The notes: a model not told the origin generated them from the letters alone. A stretch of DNA of 64,000 bases from an uncultured Chroococcidiopsis sp. (GCA_964248365.1 CAXTYC010000001.1:192001-256000), one strand, 5' to 3'; counted from the first letter of the stretch, positions 1-11,980 are shown. Numbers and translations: made by a program.

Positions 1-37
1 TCATACCCTCCACCCCTAAGCGCTGCGTAACTTAAAA

Positions 38-1807
38 TTACGATGCTACTTGCGCGGCGGCAGAACGCCTGCGTCTTCTCCCATCGGCAACCTTTACAGG
101 TTCTTCCGGTGTTGGCATCAACAAGGTGACAGTAGGTTGGCATTGCAGTTCGCGCCGAATTGCTCGCCCTAGTTCCCGCTCTAAATGTGCTTGCAATCCA
201 GCCCAATCTACATCTGGTTGTTGCCCGTCAAAGGATTGGGCAAAACCTGACCAGCGATCGCTTAGAATTTGTTCTATGCGCTCTTGCACCCACTTTTGCA
301 GCAAAGAACGCTCCATTGATGTCACTACACCCCGTAGGTGAATCTCTGGCTTCGTCAACAGCTTGCCATTCCAATCAATCGCCGCAGCAATTGTAATGAT
401 GCCTTCTTCTGCCATCTGCTGGCGTTCCTGTAGCACTTGACCGTTGACAATCCCACAGCCAGATGTATCTACCAGTTCAATACCTGATGGTACTTTCCCA
501 CCTACTCTAATCTCATCCTGGGACAGTTCCACCACATCGCCATTGTTGATAATCACCATGTTTTCAGGTGGGATGCCCATGCTTTGCGCTGTCTGAGAGT
601 GTTTGACTAACATCCGATGCTCTCCATGCACTGGCAAGAAGAATTTAGGACGAGTTAGGGCAATCATCAACTTTTGGTCTTCTTGACAACCATGCCCAGA
701 TACGTGAATTCCCTGTTCTCGACCATAGACTACTTTAGCGCCCTGCATCATTAACCGATCAATTGTATTCACTACGGCGATCGTATTGCCTGGAATCGGG
801 TTAGCTGAGAATACTACTGTGTCTCCAGGGCGGATTTTGAGGTGGGGATGTTCACCTCTGGAGATACGAGTCATGGCTGACATCGGTTCGCCTTGTGAAC
901 CCGTCGTTAGAATCAAGACTTTCTCGTCAGGTAGTTGACGGATAGAATTCAACGGCTGCAACAAATTATCTGGACACTTGATATATCCTAAATTGCGGGC
1001 ATGGGCAATTAAATTCAGCATTGAACGCCCTACCACTGACACAACTCGATTATGCTTCTGCGCCAGTTCCAAAATCATATTGATTCGGTGTACCGACGAA
1101 GCAAAGGTTGTGACTAGCACTCGTCCAGCCGCCCCAGAGATAATGCGGTCAAGATTGGGATAAACTGAGCGTTCGGAAGGTGTGTGTCCAGGGACTTCTG
1201 AGTTAGTAGAGTCGCTAATTAGGCAAAGTACACCTTTTTCACCGTGTTCGGCTAGCCGCTGTATATCAAAAAACTCGCCATCAACGGGGGTATGGTCAAA
1301 TTTAAAGTCTCCCGTGTGGATTACTACTCCGATTGGGGTGTGAATGGCAACGGTGAAACTATCGGCAATTGAGTGGGTGTTGCGGATGAATTCTACCAAA
1401 AATCCAGAGCCAATTCTTACTATTTCGCGGGGACGAACTGATCTTAATTCGGTGCGATCGCGTACTCCTGCTTCTTCGAGTTTTCCCTCTAGCATTGCCA
1501 TCGCTAGGCGAGGACCATAAATTACTGGAATATCAAACTGCTTTAGGTGAAATGCTATCCCGCCAATGTGATCTTCATGACCGTGAGTGACGATCATGCC
1601 TTTAATCTTATGCCGATTTTCTCGCAAGTAAGTTACATCTGGCAGGACGATATTTACTCCGTGCATCTCATCGGTGGGAAAAGCTAGTCCAGCGTCTAAC
1701 AGAACGATTTCATCGTTGTACTCGAAAACACACGTATTTTTTCCAATTTCATGCAATCCACCCAGAGGAATAATTTTCAGGGCAGAGTCGGTTTCGTTTT
1801 TGCTCAT
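38..1807 (-). CDS. rnj: Ribonuclease J
   Basis: PLGGLHEIGKN N-terminus, THGHEDHIGG metallo-beta-lactamase motif, beta-CASP region, HVSGH; lies downstream of dapA as usual in cyanobacteria. Confidence 0.96.
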   Translation of the reverse strand: MSKNETDSALKIIPLGGLHEIGKNTCVFEYNDEIVLLDAGLAFPTDEMHGVNIVLPDVTYLRENRHKIKGMIVTHGHEDHIGGIAFHLKQFDIPVIYGPRLAMAMLEGKLEEAGVRDRTELRSVRPREIVRIGSGFLVEFIRNTHSIADSFTVAIHTPIGVVIHTGDFKFDHTPVDGEFFDIQRLAEHGEKGVLCLISDSTNSEVPGHTPSERSVYPNLDRIISGAAGRVLVTTFASSVHRINMILELAQKHNRVVSVVGRSMLNLIAHARNLGYIKCPDNLLQPLNSIRQLPDEKVLILTTGSQGEPMSAMTRISRGEHPHLKIRPGDTVVFSANPIPGNTIAVVNTIDRLMMQGAKVVYGREQGIHVSGHGCQEDQKLMIALTRPKFFLPVHGEHRMLVKHSQTAQSMGIPPENMVIINNGDVVELSQDEIRVGGKVPSGIELVDTSGCGIVNGQVLQERQQMAEEGIITIAAAIDWNGKLLTKPEIHLRGVVTSMERSLLQKWVQERIEQILSDRWSGFAQSFDGQQPDVDWAGLQAHLERELGRAIRRELQCQPTVTLLMPTPEEPVKVADGRRRRRSAAAQVAS

Positions 1808-1989
1808 TTGTTTCCTTAGATTCAGTTGTTTTTTTTGCAGATAAAAAGAGTTAACCCAAGTAGCGCAATAGTTCTAAATTGTTTACTAGAGTAATTTTCT
1901 ATACACTGGAATATTCCTATAAAAGCTGTCGGGGATAGCATTTATCAGGATGTTTGGCGCAGCACATATTTAGTTGTCAAAATCGCAGC

Positions 1990-2874
1990 TTACACTAAAG
2001 CTAAATCTGCCAGAACTGCTTTTAATTTTTCGCTTACCCATTGAGAGTCTTCGCACAGAGGTGGACGAGTAGAACCTACATCCCAGCCTTGGAGTTTCAA
2101 CGCCTCTTTAATTGGAATTGGATTAGTAGTCACAAATAAAGCTTTGAACAGTCCGAACAGCTTTAGATGAATTTGATTAGCAACTTGAACTTGTCCTGTT
2201 TCAAAGGATGAGATCATTTGTTGCAGTTGCTTGCCAACTAAATGACTTGCCACACTCACCACGCCACAGCCACCAATGGCAAGCATTGGTAATGTCAGAG
2301 AATCATCACCAGAATAGATTTTGAAATCAGGATGCGTGATTCGGCGAATTTCACTTGCTTGGTCTAAATTCCCGCTTGACTCTTTTACCGCCACAATGTT
2401 GTCAACTTCAGCTAAACGAGCAATTGTTTCTGGCTGAAGATTTTGACCTGTACGACCTGGTATGTTGTATAGCAACATCGGTAGGTCGGGGACTGATGAC
2501 GCGATCGCCTGGAAGTGGTGATACAATCCGGCTTGCGGCGGCTTATTGTAATAGGGAACGACTTGTAAAGATCCATGTACTCCTATTTTAGCGGCTTTTT
2601 GGGTTGCTGCGATCGCTTCTTCTGTGGAATTTGAACCAGTTCCCGCAATCACCAAAGCTTTACCCGCCACTGCTTTAATTACCACCTGAAATAACTGATA
2701 TTCTTCATCCCAATTCAGTGTAGGTGATTCTCCGGTTGTACCACACACTACTAATGCATCTGTACCCCCATCTGCCAGATGTGCTGCTAGTTGTTCTGCT
2801 ACGGCATAATTCACACTGCCGTCAGGGTTAAACGGCGTAACCATAGCGGTTATAACCCGTCCAAAATCTACCAC
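1990..2874 (-). CDS. dapA: 4-hydroxy-tetrahydrodipicolinate synthase
   Basis: [21 protein letters not shown], catalytic K in AVKES. Confidence 0.97.
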   Translation of the reverse strand: MVDFGRVITAMVTPFNPDGSVNYAVAEQLAAHLADGGTDALVVCGTTGESPTLNWDEEYQLFQVVIKAVAGKALVIAGTGSNSTEEAIAATQKAAKIGVHGSLQVVPYYNKPPQAGLYHHFQAIASSVPDLPMLLYNIPGRTGQNLQPETIARLAEVDNIVAVKESSGNLDQASEIRRITHPDFKIYSGDDSLTLPMLAIGGCGVVSVASHLVGKQLQQMISSFETGQVQVANQIHLKLFGLFKALFVTTNPIPIKEALKLQGWDVGSTRPPLCEDSQWVSEKLKAVLADLALV

Positions 2875-2971
2875 ACTCTTCTAGCTCCTCATTCACTTGG
2901 GTGTAAAGAAGGGGAAAGGGAAAGGGAAACAATTATCAATTATCAATTATCAATTGTTCATTGCTCCTGAA

Positions 2972-3015
2972 GCCCCTATGCCCCTTATGCCCCTTATGCC
3001 CCTGCCCCTTATGCC
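2972..3015. repeat. Short tandem repeat (GCCCCTTAT)n
   Basis: About four imperfect 9-mer copies abutting the asd stop. Confidence 0.8.
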
Positions 3016-4073
3016 TACACCCTAGACGCTACACCCATTTCTGAAATTCCCGAAGGCTTGAGCAGATCTTTTTCTACCAATAACTCGGCGATTTGTACCG
3101 CATTCAATGCCGCACCTTTGCGGATTTGGTCGCCACAAAGCCAAAGTTCTAATCCACAAGGATGAGAGATATCCGAACGTATACGACCTACTAACACTTC
3201 ATCTCGTCCGGTTGCTTCTATGGGCATGGGAAAATGATTTGCTGCCCAGTCTTCCATTAATTGAACACCTGGGGCGTGACTCAAAATTTCCCTTGCCTCT
3301 GCTGGAGTCAAAGGCTGCTCAAATTCTAGGTTAATTGCTTCTGAGTGCGCCCTTAGTACGGGAACCCGCACACAGGTTGCGGTAATTCTTAGCTGTGGGG
3401 CAGAGAAAATTTTGCGTGTTTCGTTAACCATTTTCATTTCTTCCTCACAGTACCCTTGGTCGTTTAAGGGTGAGTTGTGGGGAAAGAGGTTAAACGCTAA
3501 TGGGTAAGGAAAAACTTCTGCTGTTGCTGGCTTGTCTTGAAGTATTGCTAGAGATTGATTTTTGACTTCTTCCATTGCCCTTGCGCCAGCACCACTTGCC
3601 GATTGGTAAGTGGCTGCAACAATTCGTTGCACCTTTCTCACTTTATGCAAGGGGTAAACGGCAACTGCCATCAAAATTGTAGTGCAGTTGGGATTTGCAA
3701 TGATGCCCTTGTGGGTAAGGGCGGCTTGTGGGTTTACCTCTGGTACTACTAGAGGTACTTCTGGGTTCATCCGAAAAGCACTAGAGTTGTCAATCACCAC
3801 TGCGCCCCTTGCGACGGCTTTCGGGGCTAGCGCTTTTGAGGTAGCACCACCTGCTGAAGCTAGAACTATATCTATATTCTCAAACGAGCGATCGCTTACT
3901 GCCTCTACTGGTATATCTTCACCCCGAAACCGCATCGTTCTTCCAGCACTCCTCGCCGATGCCAATAGCCGCAAATGGGCTACGGGAAAATTCCGCTGCT
4001 CTAGCAGTTCGAGTAATTCTGTGCCAACTGCTCCTGTTGCCCCTAAAATCGCTACACGATAAGATCCTTTCAA
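3015..4073 (-). CDS. asd: Aspartate-semialdehyde dehydrogenase
   Basis: GATGAVG, NPNCTT, YQSASGAG, DQIRKGAALNAVQIAE; start moved to the TTG at 4073, which follows a GGAGG SD. Confidence 0.96.
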   Translation of the reverse strand: MKGSYRVAILGATGAVGTELLELLEQRNFPVAHLRLLASARSAGRTMRFRGEDIPVEAVSDRSFENIDIVLASAGGATSKALAPKAVARGAVVIDNSSAFRMNPEVPLVVPEVNPQAALTHKGIIANPNCTTILMAVAVYPLHKVRKVQRIVAATYQSASGAGARAMEEVKNQSLAILQDKPATAEVFPYPLAFNLFPHNSPLNDQGYCEEEMKMVNETRKIFSAPQLRITATCVRVPVLRAHSEAINLEFEQPLTPAEAREILSHAPGVQLMEDWAANHFPMPIEATGRDEVLVGRIRSDISHPCGLELWLCGDQIRKGAALNAVQIAELLVEKDLLKPSGISEMGVASRV

Positions 4074-5040
4074 ACTTAATAGCCTCCCTTTCAACAGTAC
4101 AATCAAACAATTTTCTTTTAAGACTTGTAAATATTTTTCATTTTAAATACTAATATTTCATTTTAGCCCAGTTAATTGAATGACAATAATTTGCTACTTT
4201 CAAGATTTTGAAACATTTTTTATAGTAAGCAATAATTGTATTGAATCTGTCGTCTGTTGGTTATTGTGAATAAAAGTTAGGCTTTTAAGACAATATGTAA
4301 AAATTTAAGTGCTTTTAATCAAGATCATCGCATATAAGATCCCATATTGTCAGAAAATTAAGGATGAAAGCAAAAATATATAATGGTGGTTGATAAAAGA
4401 ATAATGTAATATGATGCAAATGCAAAGAAAATCAGCTAATAAGTTCTCACTACCAAAGTGTAAGCTCAAGATCTGGTAGACAAAATAGCTACTGGTCCGT
4501 CAGCATCGCGTTTTTGCGCGTTGGCACGTCATGGTTTAGCCTAAGCGACAGATAGCAGCGAAGCAGCAAAGTGCGTTATTGCTAGGGACTCTGAAAGGGG
4601 GCATCTGCTAAACCGAAAACAAGTTTAGTGGCACAATCAGGATAGCACAGTATCTAGAGGAACTAGGGACTAGGGGCTAGGGGCTAGAGAAGAAATATAG
4701 CATACCGTAGGGTTTTATTGGTGCAAAATTTGAATTACAGCAAACCAATTGCACTTCTATCGGGTTTTATAATCCAAAATCTAAAATCCAAAATGGTACA
4801 CTCTCTATTTGAGTCATGAAATACTCGCTCTAGTCGTCATTGGTGTTGAACATAGACGCGCACATGGGAATCTGCTAGGGCGCTTGATGCAAAGGACGCT
4901 CGTACAAAGGACAAGTTACGTACCACGTCGGGGCATAATGCTTGAAGCTCCACTTTTGCCAACGGTGACTCAAAATAAGAGAAATACATCAGCGAGTGAA
5001 GCGATCGCGCAGTCAAAAAATAGTCGGAAAATAAAGCAAG

Positions 5041-6483
5041 ATGAAAGTCACCCAGGAAAAACTTCCCGCTAGTCAGATTGGTCTGGAAATAGAAATTCCA
5101 CCGGAAAAATCCCAGCAAAGTTACGAGCAAGTAATTCAAAACTTTACCCGTGCTGCCAATATTCCTGGGTTTCGTAAAGGCAAAGTGCCTCGCCAGATAT
5201 TGCTTGCTCGGCTAGGGGTAGCTCGCATCAAAGCAACGGCTCTAGAAGAATTGATTCAAAATAGCATTACTGAAGCAATCAAGCAAGCAGACATTAAGCC
5301 AATTGGTCAACCTCAGCTACGCTCTTCTTTTGAAGACTTAATTAGCTCTTTTGAACCAGGACAACCACTAACCTTTTCGGCTGCCATCGATGTAATGCCA
5401 GATGTAAATCTGAGTGGGTACACTGGCTTGCAAGTCCAAGCAGAGGAAGTGAAGCCAGATGCGACAGGAATCGAAAAAGTCTTGGAAGAAAATCGTAGCG
5501 AAAGGGCGACATTAATTCCCGTCGAAGGACGTGCGGCGCAAATGGGAGATGTGGCGGTAGCAGATTTTAAAGGTTATCTGGCAAACGAGGGCGAGGAACA
5601 AGCCGAACCTGAAGAGATTCCTGGTGCTTCTGCTACCGACTTTCAAGTCGAACTACAGCCAGGACGGTTTATTGAAGGTTTCATTGATGGCATAGTGGGG
5701 ATGAATCCAGGGGAAACCAAAGAAATAGAAGCACGGTTTCCCGATGATTATCCACAGAAAGAATTAGCAGGTAAAGCCGCTAAGTTCACAGTGACATTGA
5801 AAGAAATCAAAGAAAAAGAGCTACCAGAACTGGATGATGATTTCGCGCAAGAAATCAGCGAGTTTGAAACCTTAGAGGAATTGCGCTCTGATCTAGAATC
5901 AAGATTTCAATCGGAGGCTGAGCGTAAAACTAAAGCTAACAAACAGCAGGCACTCTCGGATGCATTGCTAAAGCTTGTAGAAGTGGAATTACCAGAAACT
6001 TTGGTTGAGCAAGAAGTAGATTCGTTGCTTAGCCAAACAGCAATGCAACTGAGTAGACAAGGAATTGATATTAAGAAATTGTTTACTCAGGAGATGTTAC
6101 CAGCTTTACGCTCGCGATCGCGCCCAGAGGCAATCGAGCGACTCAAGCGATCGCTTGCCTTACAAGAAGTGGCTAAACGAGAATCTATTCAGGTAGAACC
6201 AGCAGCAGTTGAAGCACGAGTTAAAGAGCTATTGCAGCAGTACTCGGATCGAGACATCGATCAAAATAGACTGCGAGAAGTGGTAGAAGAAGAACTTTTG
6301 ACCGAAAAAATTATGGATTGGTTAGAAGAACATTCTACCATTGAACTTGTACCTGAAGGTTCTTTGACGGCAAATGAGGAAGACGAACAGGAAGAAATTA
6401 CGTCAAGCGGGGAAGATGCACCTGCTGAGCAAAGCGATGCACCCGTCAACCTGGTTGACACAGAACAATCTGAAACTGAATAA
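5041..6483 (+). CDS. tig: Trigger factor
   Basis: IPGFRKGKVP ribosome-binding motif, FKBP-like middle domain, upstream of clpP-clpX. Confidence 0.97.
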   Translation: MKVTQEKLPASQIGLEIEIPPEKSQQSYEQVIQNFTRAANIPGFRKGKVPRQILLARLGVARIKATALEELIQNSITEAIKQADIKPIGQPQLRSSFEDLISSFEPGQPLTFSAAIDVMPDVNLSGYTGLQVQAEEVKPDATGIEKVLEENRSERATLIPVEGRAAQMGDVAVADFKGYLANEGEEQAEPEEIPGASATDFQVELQPGRFIEGFIDGIVGMNPGETKEIEARFPDDYPQKELAGKAAKFTVTLKEIKEKELPELDDDFAQEISEFETLEELRSDLESRFQSEAERKTKANKQQALSDALLKLVEVELPETLVEQEVDSLLSQTAMQLSRQGIDIKKLFTQEMLPALRSRSRPEAIERLKRSLALQEVAKRESIQVEPAAVEARVKELLQQYSDRDIDQNRLREVVEEELLTEKIMDWLEEHSTIELVPEGSLTANEEDEQEEITSSGEDAPAEQSDAPVNLVDTEQSETE

Positions 6484-6730
6484 AAGGGACTAGGGACTAG
6501 GGGCTAGGGACTAGGGGACAAGGGGAAAGAACACTATTCTTAACCTCTTTTTGTCCCCCTATCCTCTTACTAGCCTCTGGTTCCTCTAGTTCCTCTCACC
6601 CCTCACCCCTCACCCCTCATTAATAAGGCATAATAGTCAATAGATAGCGGAGCCACTGATTCATATTGCTGCAAACAGCTAGAGCCAGCTAAATGCACCG
6701 CGTCCAGTCCCATTTGGCGGAAAACTGTAT

Positions 6731-7426
6731 ATGGTCGTATCTCAGTCTTTGCACGCACAAATCAGCAGCTTCCATCACTTAGACGTAAACTCCCTTGGTA
6801 GTCCCAGCAACATCGTGCCGATGGTGGTGGAACAATCAGGCATGGGAGAACGCGCCTTCGATATCTACTCCCGATTGCTCAGAGAGCGAATTATCTTTTT
6901 GGGAACCCAGGTAGATGATACTGTTGCTGACTCGATTGTTGCTCAACTATTATTCTTAGATGCTGAAGATCCAGAAAAAGACATTCAGCTATACATCAAC
7001 TCTCCAGGCGGTTCAGTAACAGCAGGAATGGCAATTTATGACACAATCCAACAAATTCGCCCAGATGTTGTTACCATTTGTTTTGGGTTAGCTGCTAGTA
7101 TGGGAGCGTTTCTCTTAACAGCGGGAGCAGCTGGTAAGCGGATGTCTCTACCTAGTGCTAGGATTATGATTCATCAACCATTAGGTGGCGCTCAAGGACA
7201 AGCAGTTGACATCGAAATTCAAGCAAGAGAAATTCTCTATCATAAACGTAGATTGAATGAATTGTTAGCTCATCACACAGGTAAGCCATTGGAGAGAATT
7301 GAAGCCGATACTGAAAGAGACTTTTTCATGTCGGCAGCAGAAGCGAAAGATTATGGATTAATCGATCAAGTTATCTCCAGGCAAAATAATCTCCCCCGTG
7401 TCGAAGCAGTCACCACAGTGAAATAA
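6731..7426 (+). CDS. clpP: ATP-dependent Clp protease proteolytic subunit
   Basis: [33 protein letters not shown]. Confidence 0.97.
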   Translation: MVVSQSLHAQISSFHHLDVNSLGSPSNIVPMVVEQSGMGERAFDIYSRLLRERIIFLGTQVDDTVADSIVAQLLFLDAEDPEKDIQLYINSPGGSVTAGMAIYDTIQQIRPDVVTICFGLAASMGAFLLTAGAAGKRMSLPSARIMIHQPLGGAQGQAVDIEIQAREILYHKRRLNELLAHHTGKPLERIEADTERDFFMSAAEAKDYGLIDQVISRQNNLPRVEAVTTVK

Positions 7427-7436
7427 GAGGCTTGCT

Positions 7437-8774
7437 ATGTCCCCTAAGTACGACTCCCATTTAAAATGTTCCTTTTGCGGCAAATCGCAAGAGCAGGTGC
7501 GGAAATTGATTGCCGGACCGGGAGTGTACATCTGCGATGAGTGTGTTGATTTGTGTAACGAAATTTTGGACGAGGAATTACTCGAAACAAACAGTGCTGC
7601 ACAGGTGCAGCAACCTCGTCCAGAACCTCCTCAAAAGCGGCGCAATCGTTCTAGCATCTCGTTAAATCAAATCCCCAAACCGCGAGAGATTAAAGAGCAT
7701 CTAGACGAACACGTCATCGGTCAAGACGAGGCGAAAAAAGTCCTCTCAGTGGCGGTGTATAACCACTACAAGCGGCTGAGCTTAGTACAAGCAAAAAGTA
7801 GTAAAACTGGGTCGGATGATGCAGTAGAGCTACAAAAATCCAACATTCTCTTGATTGGACCAACAGGGTGCGGTAAAACTTTGCTAGCGCAAACTTTGGC
7901 GAAAATTTTGGATGTGCCGTTTGCTGTTGCTGATGCCACTACACTAACCGAAGCAGGTTATGTCGGCGAAGATGTAGAGAATATATTGCTCAGGTTGCTT
8001 CAAGTAGCTGACTTGGATGTGGAAGAAGCCCAACGCGGTATTATCTACATTGACGAAATTGACAAAATTGCTCGTAAGAGCGAAAATCCTTCGATTACCA
8101 GAGATGTGTCTGGAGAGGGCGTACAGCAAGCTCTGCTGAAAATGTTGGAGGGAACGATCGCCAACGTACCACCCCAAGGAGGGCGCAAGCATCCCTACCA
8201 AGATTGTATTCAAATCGATACCAGCAACATCCTGTTTATCTGTGGTGGAGCTTTCGTCGGTCTGGAGAAGGTGGTAGAGCAGAGAATTGGCAAAAAGTCA
8301 ATAGGCTTTATTCAGCCAGGAGAAGGGCAGTCGAAAGAAAAACGGGCAGCAGATATTCTCCAGAGTTTGGAGCCGGACGACTTAGTGAAGTTTGGCATGA
8401 TTCCAGAATTCATTGGGCGCATACCAATGGTAGCCGTTGTAGATCCATTGGATGAAGAAGCACTAATGGCAATTTTGACCCAGCCTCGCAGTGCCTTAGT
8501 CAAGCAGTATCAGAAGCTGCTGAAAATGGATAACGTGCAGCTGGAGTTTAAGCCAGAAGCTCTCAAAGCGATCGCTGGGGAAGCCTATCGGCGCAAAACT
8601 GGTGCTAGAGCCTTGCGGGGAATTGTCGAAGAACTGATGCTGGAAGTGATGTATGAGTTGCCCTCGCGTAAGGATGTGACTCGCTGCACAGTGACACGCG
8701 AGATGGTAGAAAAACGCTCAACAGCCGAGCTGCTAATCCATCCCTCCTCAATTCCCAAGCCAGAAACAGCCTAA
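7437..8774 (+). CDS. clpX: ATP-dependent Clp protease ATP-binding subunit
   Basis: CSFC...CDEC zinc finger, [17 protein letters not shown] and IGF loops. Confidence 0.98.
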   Translation: MSPKYDSHLKCSFCGKSQEQVRKLIAGPGVYICDECVDLCNEILDEELLETNSAAQVQQPRPEPPQKRRNRSSISLNQIPKPREIKEHLDEHVIGQDEAKKVLSVAVYNHYKRLSLVQAKSSKTGSDDAVELQKSNILLIGPTGCGKTLLAQTLAKILDVPFAVADATTLTEAGYVGEDVENILLRLLQVADLDVEEAQRGIIYIDEIDKIARKSENPSITRDVSGEGVQQALLKMLEGTIANVPPQGGRKHPYQDCIQIDTSNILFICGGAFVGLEKVVEQRIGKKSIGFIQPGEGQSKEKRAADILQSLEPDDLVKFGMIPEFIGRIPMVAVVDPLDEEALMAILTQPRSALVKQYQKLLKMDNVQLEFKPEALKAIAGEAYRRKTGARALRGIVEELMLEVMYELPSRKDVTRCTVTREMVEKRSTAELLIHPSSIPKPETA

Positions 8775-8777
8775 AAA

Positions 8778-8925
8778 GGGACTAGGGGCTAGGGGCTAGG
8801 GGCTAGGGGCGCGCGTGAGGGCAGGGGGGCAGAGTTGCCCAGGGGCAGAGGGGAAATTACCTTTTACCTTTACCCTTAACCCTTTTCCCTTTCACCAACT
8901 ACCAATTACCAACTACCAATTCTTC
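8778..8925. repeat. STRR heptamer mosaic (GGGGCTA, TTTACCC, ACCAACT)
   Basis: Tandem 7-mers between clpX and the next gene; similar tracts at 6487-6520, 9885-9995, 21600-21700 and 22400-22430. Confidence 0.85.
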
Positions 8926-8989
8926 ATACTACCCTTCACAGAACGCTACACTTCGTGAACGCGTACATACTTCACACTTCAGCCTTCAG

Positions 8990-9886
8990 ATGTCTTACAT
9001 TTCAGTTCGTGGAGTTGAGCATTATTACCACTGGATTAGAACACCAGAGACTGGTGTAAATAAGCCAGTCATGGTGTTCATTCACGGCTGGGCTGGTTCA
9101 GCGAGGTATTGGGAAAGCACGGCGAGGGCGCTTTGTGAGCAATTTGATTGTTTGTTATACGATTTGCGGGGGTTTGGACGCTCAAAAGGCAAACCCTCCT
9201 TGCCTGAAGCAAGCAAAGATGTGGCACAAGCCGAATCAGAGCAAGAACAATCAGCAGCTATAGCAGAGTTGACTTATGAGCTAGAGGAGTATGCCCAAGA
9301 CTTAGCAGCCTTGCTCGACGCTTTGAAGATAGGGAAAGTTTACATTAATGCCCACTCGACAGGAGCGTCTATTGCTACGTTTTTTTTGAATCTCTATCCC
9401 CAGAGGGTAGAAAAAGCGATTCTCACCTGTAGTGGTATTTTTGAGTATGACGAAAAAGCATTTGCAGCCTTTCATAAATTTGGTGGCTATGTAGTCAAAT
9501 TTCGTCCCAAATGGTTAGGGAAAATTCCCTTTGTTGACCAAATGTTTATGGCGCGATTTTTACATCGTTCCATACCAAAACGCGATCGCCATGCATTTCT
9601 AGATGATTTTTTAATGGCAGATTACGATGCTGCTTTAGGCACTATTTTTACTTCGGTGAGTAAGAAAGCATCTGAAGTAATGCCACAGGAGTTTACTAAG
9701 CTGAGTGTGGCTACTTTATTGGTGGCTGGAGAGTACGACAAGATTATTCCAGCCGAGATGGGTCGTCAGGCAGCCGCATTGAATGATAAAGTTAAGTTTG
9801 TGATGATTCCGAATACGGCTCACTTCCCGATGCTGGAAGATCCTGTTACTTATTTGCAGCAGGTGCGAGAGTTTTTGCAGAACTAG
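8990..9886 (+). CDS. Alpha/beta fold hydrolase
   Basis: HGWAGS oxyanion motif, YDLRGFGRS, AHSTG nucleophile elbow, GEYD, AHFPMLE. Confidence 0.9.
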   Translation: MSYISVRGVEHYYHWIRTPETGVNKPVMVFIHGWAGSARYWESTARALCEQFDCLLYDLRGFGRSKGKPSLPEASKDVAQAESEQEQSAAIAELTYELEEYAQDLAALLDALKIGKVYINAHSTGASIATFFLNLYPQRVEKAILTCSGIFEYDEKAFAAFHKFGGYVVKFRPKWLGKIPFVDQMFMARFLHRSIPKRDRHAFLDDFLMADYDAALGTIFTSVSKKASEVMPQEFTKLSVATLLVAGEYDKIIPAEMGRQAAALNDKVKFVMIPNTAHFPMLEDPVTYLQQVREFLQN

Positions 9887-10005
9887 GGGCTAGGGGCGAG
9901 AGAAGTATGAAGTATGAAATTTCAAACTTCAGCCTTTATCCTTCAACCTTTTCCTTTCCCCTTTACCCTTTTCCCTTTTACCCTTTCCCTTTCACCATTC
10001 ATGAT

Positions 10006-10989
10006 TTAATCTAAGCCCAGTTCGTGTTTAAGCGAATTAATTGCATTGGTGGCAATGAAATTTTCACAGCTAACTAGTTGAGGCGGACGAATAATGTTGT
10101 CTCTTGCTGCTTGTAAAGCAGCTTTGAGTGTAGCAAAACTTGCGCGATCGCTGATAATTAAATGAGCGCTCTTAACTACAGCATTTAGTTTGTAAGTGTC
10201 TGAGGATTGAGCCGTTCTTACTAGTAGATCATTTCCCCGCAGGCTGTAGATGATCACTTCTGCTGCTCTGAGTAAACCAGAACTCAGGCTAACAATGCCT
10301 ACACAGTTGCCTTGTGGTAGTTTTTTTAGCAGTTGAATTTCTTTGGAGTAGTCGTAGACATCAACAGGGATAACGCGGACAGATTTCGGCGTTGCGATCG
10401 CTTCGGCTACCCCTAGAAAATAGCGACTTGTCACTACGGTGGCAGATGGTGTTTGCTCTAGCACATGGGCTAATTCCTCTAACGGTACTAACTGCACTGG
10501 TACACCTAATGATTGCTCCAGTTCATCAACCATTAACTTACCAGCACCAATATCCTCAACCGGAACTGTAACTATTACCTGAGCGCTAGAGCGTAACCGC
10601 CAGTCAATTTCCGCTAAAAATAGCTCTCTGGCTTGGTTGAGTGAGCAACCTTCTTTGAGCAACTCATCCAAGCTTTGTTGCACAATTTTTTCAGCTTGCG
10701 GATATTTTTCCAGAATTGGGTTGTGAGGTCGAGTAACATCGTTGTAAGCTTGAGCGCGGACGTAGATACCGGAACCTGCAAGGCTTTCTACAAATCCGTC
10801 TTCTTCTAGCTGGCGGTATACCTTGCTAATCGTATTACGGTGCAAACCAGTCTGAATCGCCAACGCGCGGGTGCTGGGTAATCGGTGTCCTGGGGAAAAT
10901 TGGCGGGAGGCGATCGCATAGCGAATTTGATTCAACAATTGAGTTGAGGCGGGAATGTCACTATCTGCTTGAATATGAAATTGAACCAT
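10006..10989 (-). CDS. plmA: GntR-family transcriptional regulator, PlmA subfamily
   Basis: N-terminal wHTH (LPSTRALA...HRNTISKVYRQLEE) and cyanobacterial PlmA-type C-terminus (VVTSRYF). Confidence 0.85.
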   Translation of the reverse strand: MVQFHIQADSDIPASTQLLNQIRYAIASRQFSPGHRLPSTRALAIQTGLHRNTISKVYRQLEEDGFVESLAGSGIYVRAQAYNDVTRPHNPILEKYPQAEKIVQQSLDELLKEGCSLNQARELFLAEIDWRLRSSAQVIVTVPVEDIGAGKLMVDELEQSLGVPVQLVPLEELAHVLEQTPSATVVTSRYFLGVAEAIATPKSVRVIPVDVYDYSKEIQLLKKLPQGNCVGIVSLSSGLLRAAEVIIYSLRGNDLLVRTAQSSDTYKLNAVVKSAHLIISDRASFATLKAALQAARDNIIRPPQLVSCENFIATNAINSLKHELGLD

Positions 10990-11144
10990 TACTAAAACTC
11001 CAAGGCAATCCTAGAAACCGATGAATAAAACAATCACTTAACAATGAAATTAAATGCTATATGAGAAATCTGGCAGTATTGATAATTTGATGGTGTGTGT
11101 TAACAATAAATTCCACAATAAGGGCAATACAGAGCAAAATTATT

Positions 11145-11891
11145 ATGACTGAACACGAGATTGATACCAAATGGGTTAAAGTTCCCAATGGCGATTTGGA
11201 AATTGATGCTTACCTAGCAACACCCACAGCTGCTGGAACTTACCTTTGTATTGTGGTAGTGCAGGAAATTTTTGGTGTCAACGCCCACATTCGGGATGTT
11301 ACCGAACGAATAGCAAAAGAAGGATATGTAGCGATCGCACCAGCGATCTATCAACGTATCGCCCCCCATTTTGAAACTGGCTATACACCCCAAGACATTG
11401 AAACTGGGAAAAACTACAAGCAACAAACTAAAGCAACAGAGCTATTAAGCGATATTGGGGCTACGATTAACTATCTCAAAAATCTGCCCCAGGTTAAAAA
11501 AGATGCATTTGGTTGTATCGGCTTCTGCTTTGGTGGTCACGTTGCTTACCTGGCTGCAACTTTACCAGATATAAAAGCAACCGCTTCTTTCTATGGTGCT
11601 GGTATTACCACAGAGACACCAGGGGGCGGATCTCCCACCATCACTAGGACACCAGAAATCAAGGGTACTATCTACGCCTTCTTTGGCATGAAAGATCCTA
11701 GCATCCCCGCTCAACAGGTAGATCAGATTGAAGCAGAGCTAGAAAAGTACCACATACCCCATCGCCTCTTTCGTTATGATGGAGCAGATCATGGTTTTTT
11801 TTGCGATCAGCGTGCAAGTTATAATCCTGAAGCTGCTGGTGATGCTTGGGAGCAAGTTAAACAGCTATTTGAAGTAATTCGTAATTCGTGA
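11145..11891 (+). CDS. Dienelactone hydrolase family protein
   Basis: QEIFGVN, GFCFGG, HGF; ATG at 11145 preferred over the upstream GTG. Confidence 0.92.
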   Translation: MTEHEIDTKWVKVPNGDLEIDAYLATPTAAGTYLCIVVVQEIFGVNAHIRDVTERIAKEGYVAIAPAIYQRIAPHFETGYTPQDIETGKNYKQQTKATELLSDIGATINYLKNLPQVKKDAFGCIGFCFGGHVAYLAATLPDIKATASFYGAGITTETPGGGSPTITRTPEIKGTIYAFFGMKDPSIPAQQVDQIEAELEKYHIPHRLFRYDGADHGFFCDQRASYNPEAAGDAWEQVKQLFEVIRNS

Positions 11892-11980
11892 GGAGTCAGG
11901 AGTCAGGAGTTGTGAAGACAGAAGACAGGAGACAGAAGTTAGAAGTTGTGAACTCGTGAATTTTAATTCTTCATCTCCCA

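Noticed and set aside
4809..5139. ORFs 4809-5072 (+) and 4837-5139 (-)
   Set aside because: No recognisable motifs, both overlap tig, and the region reads better as leader DNA
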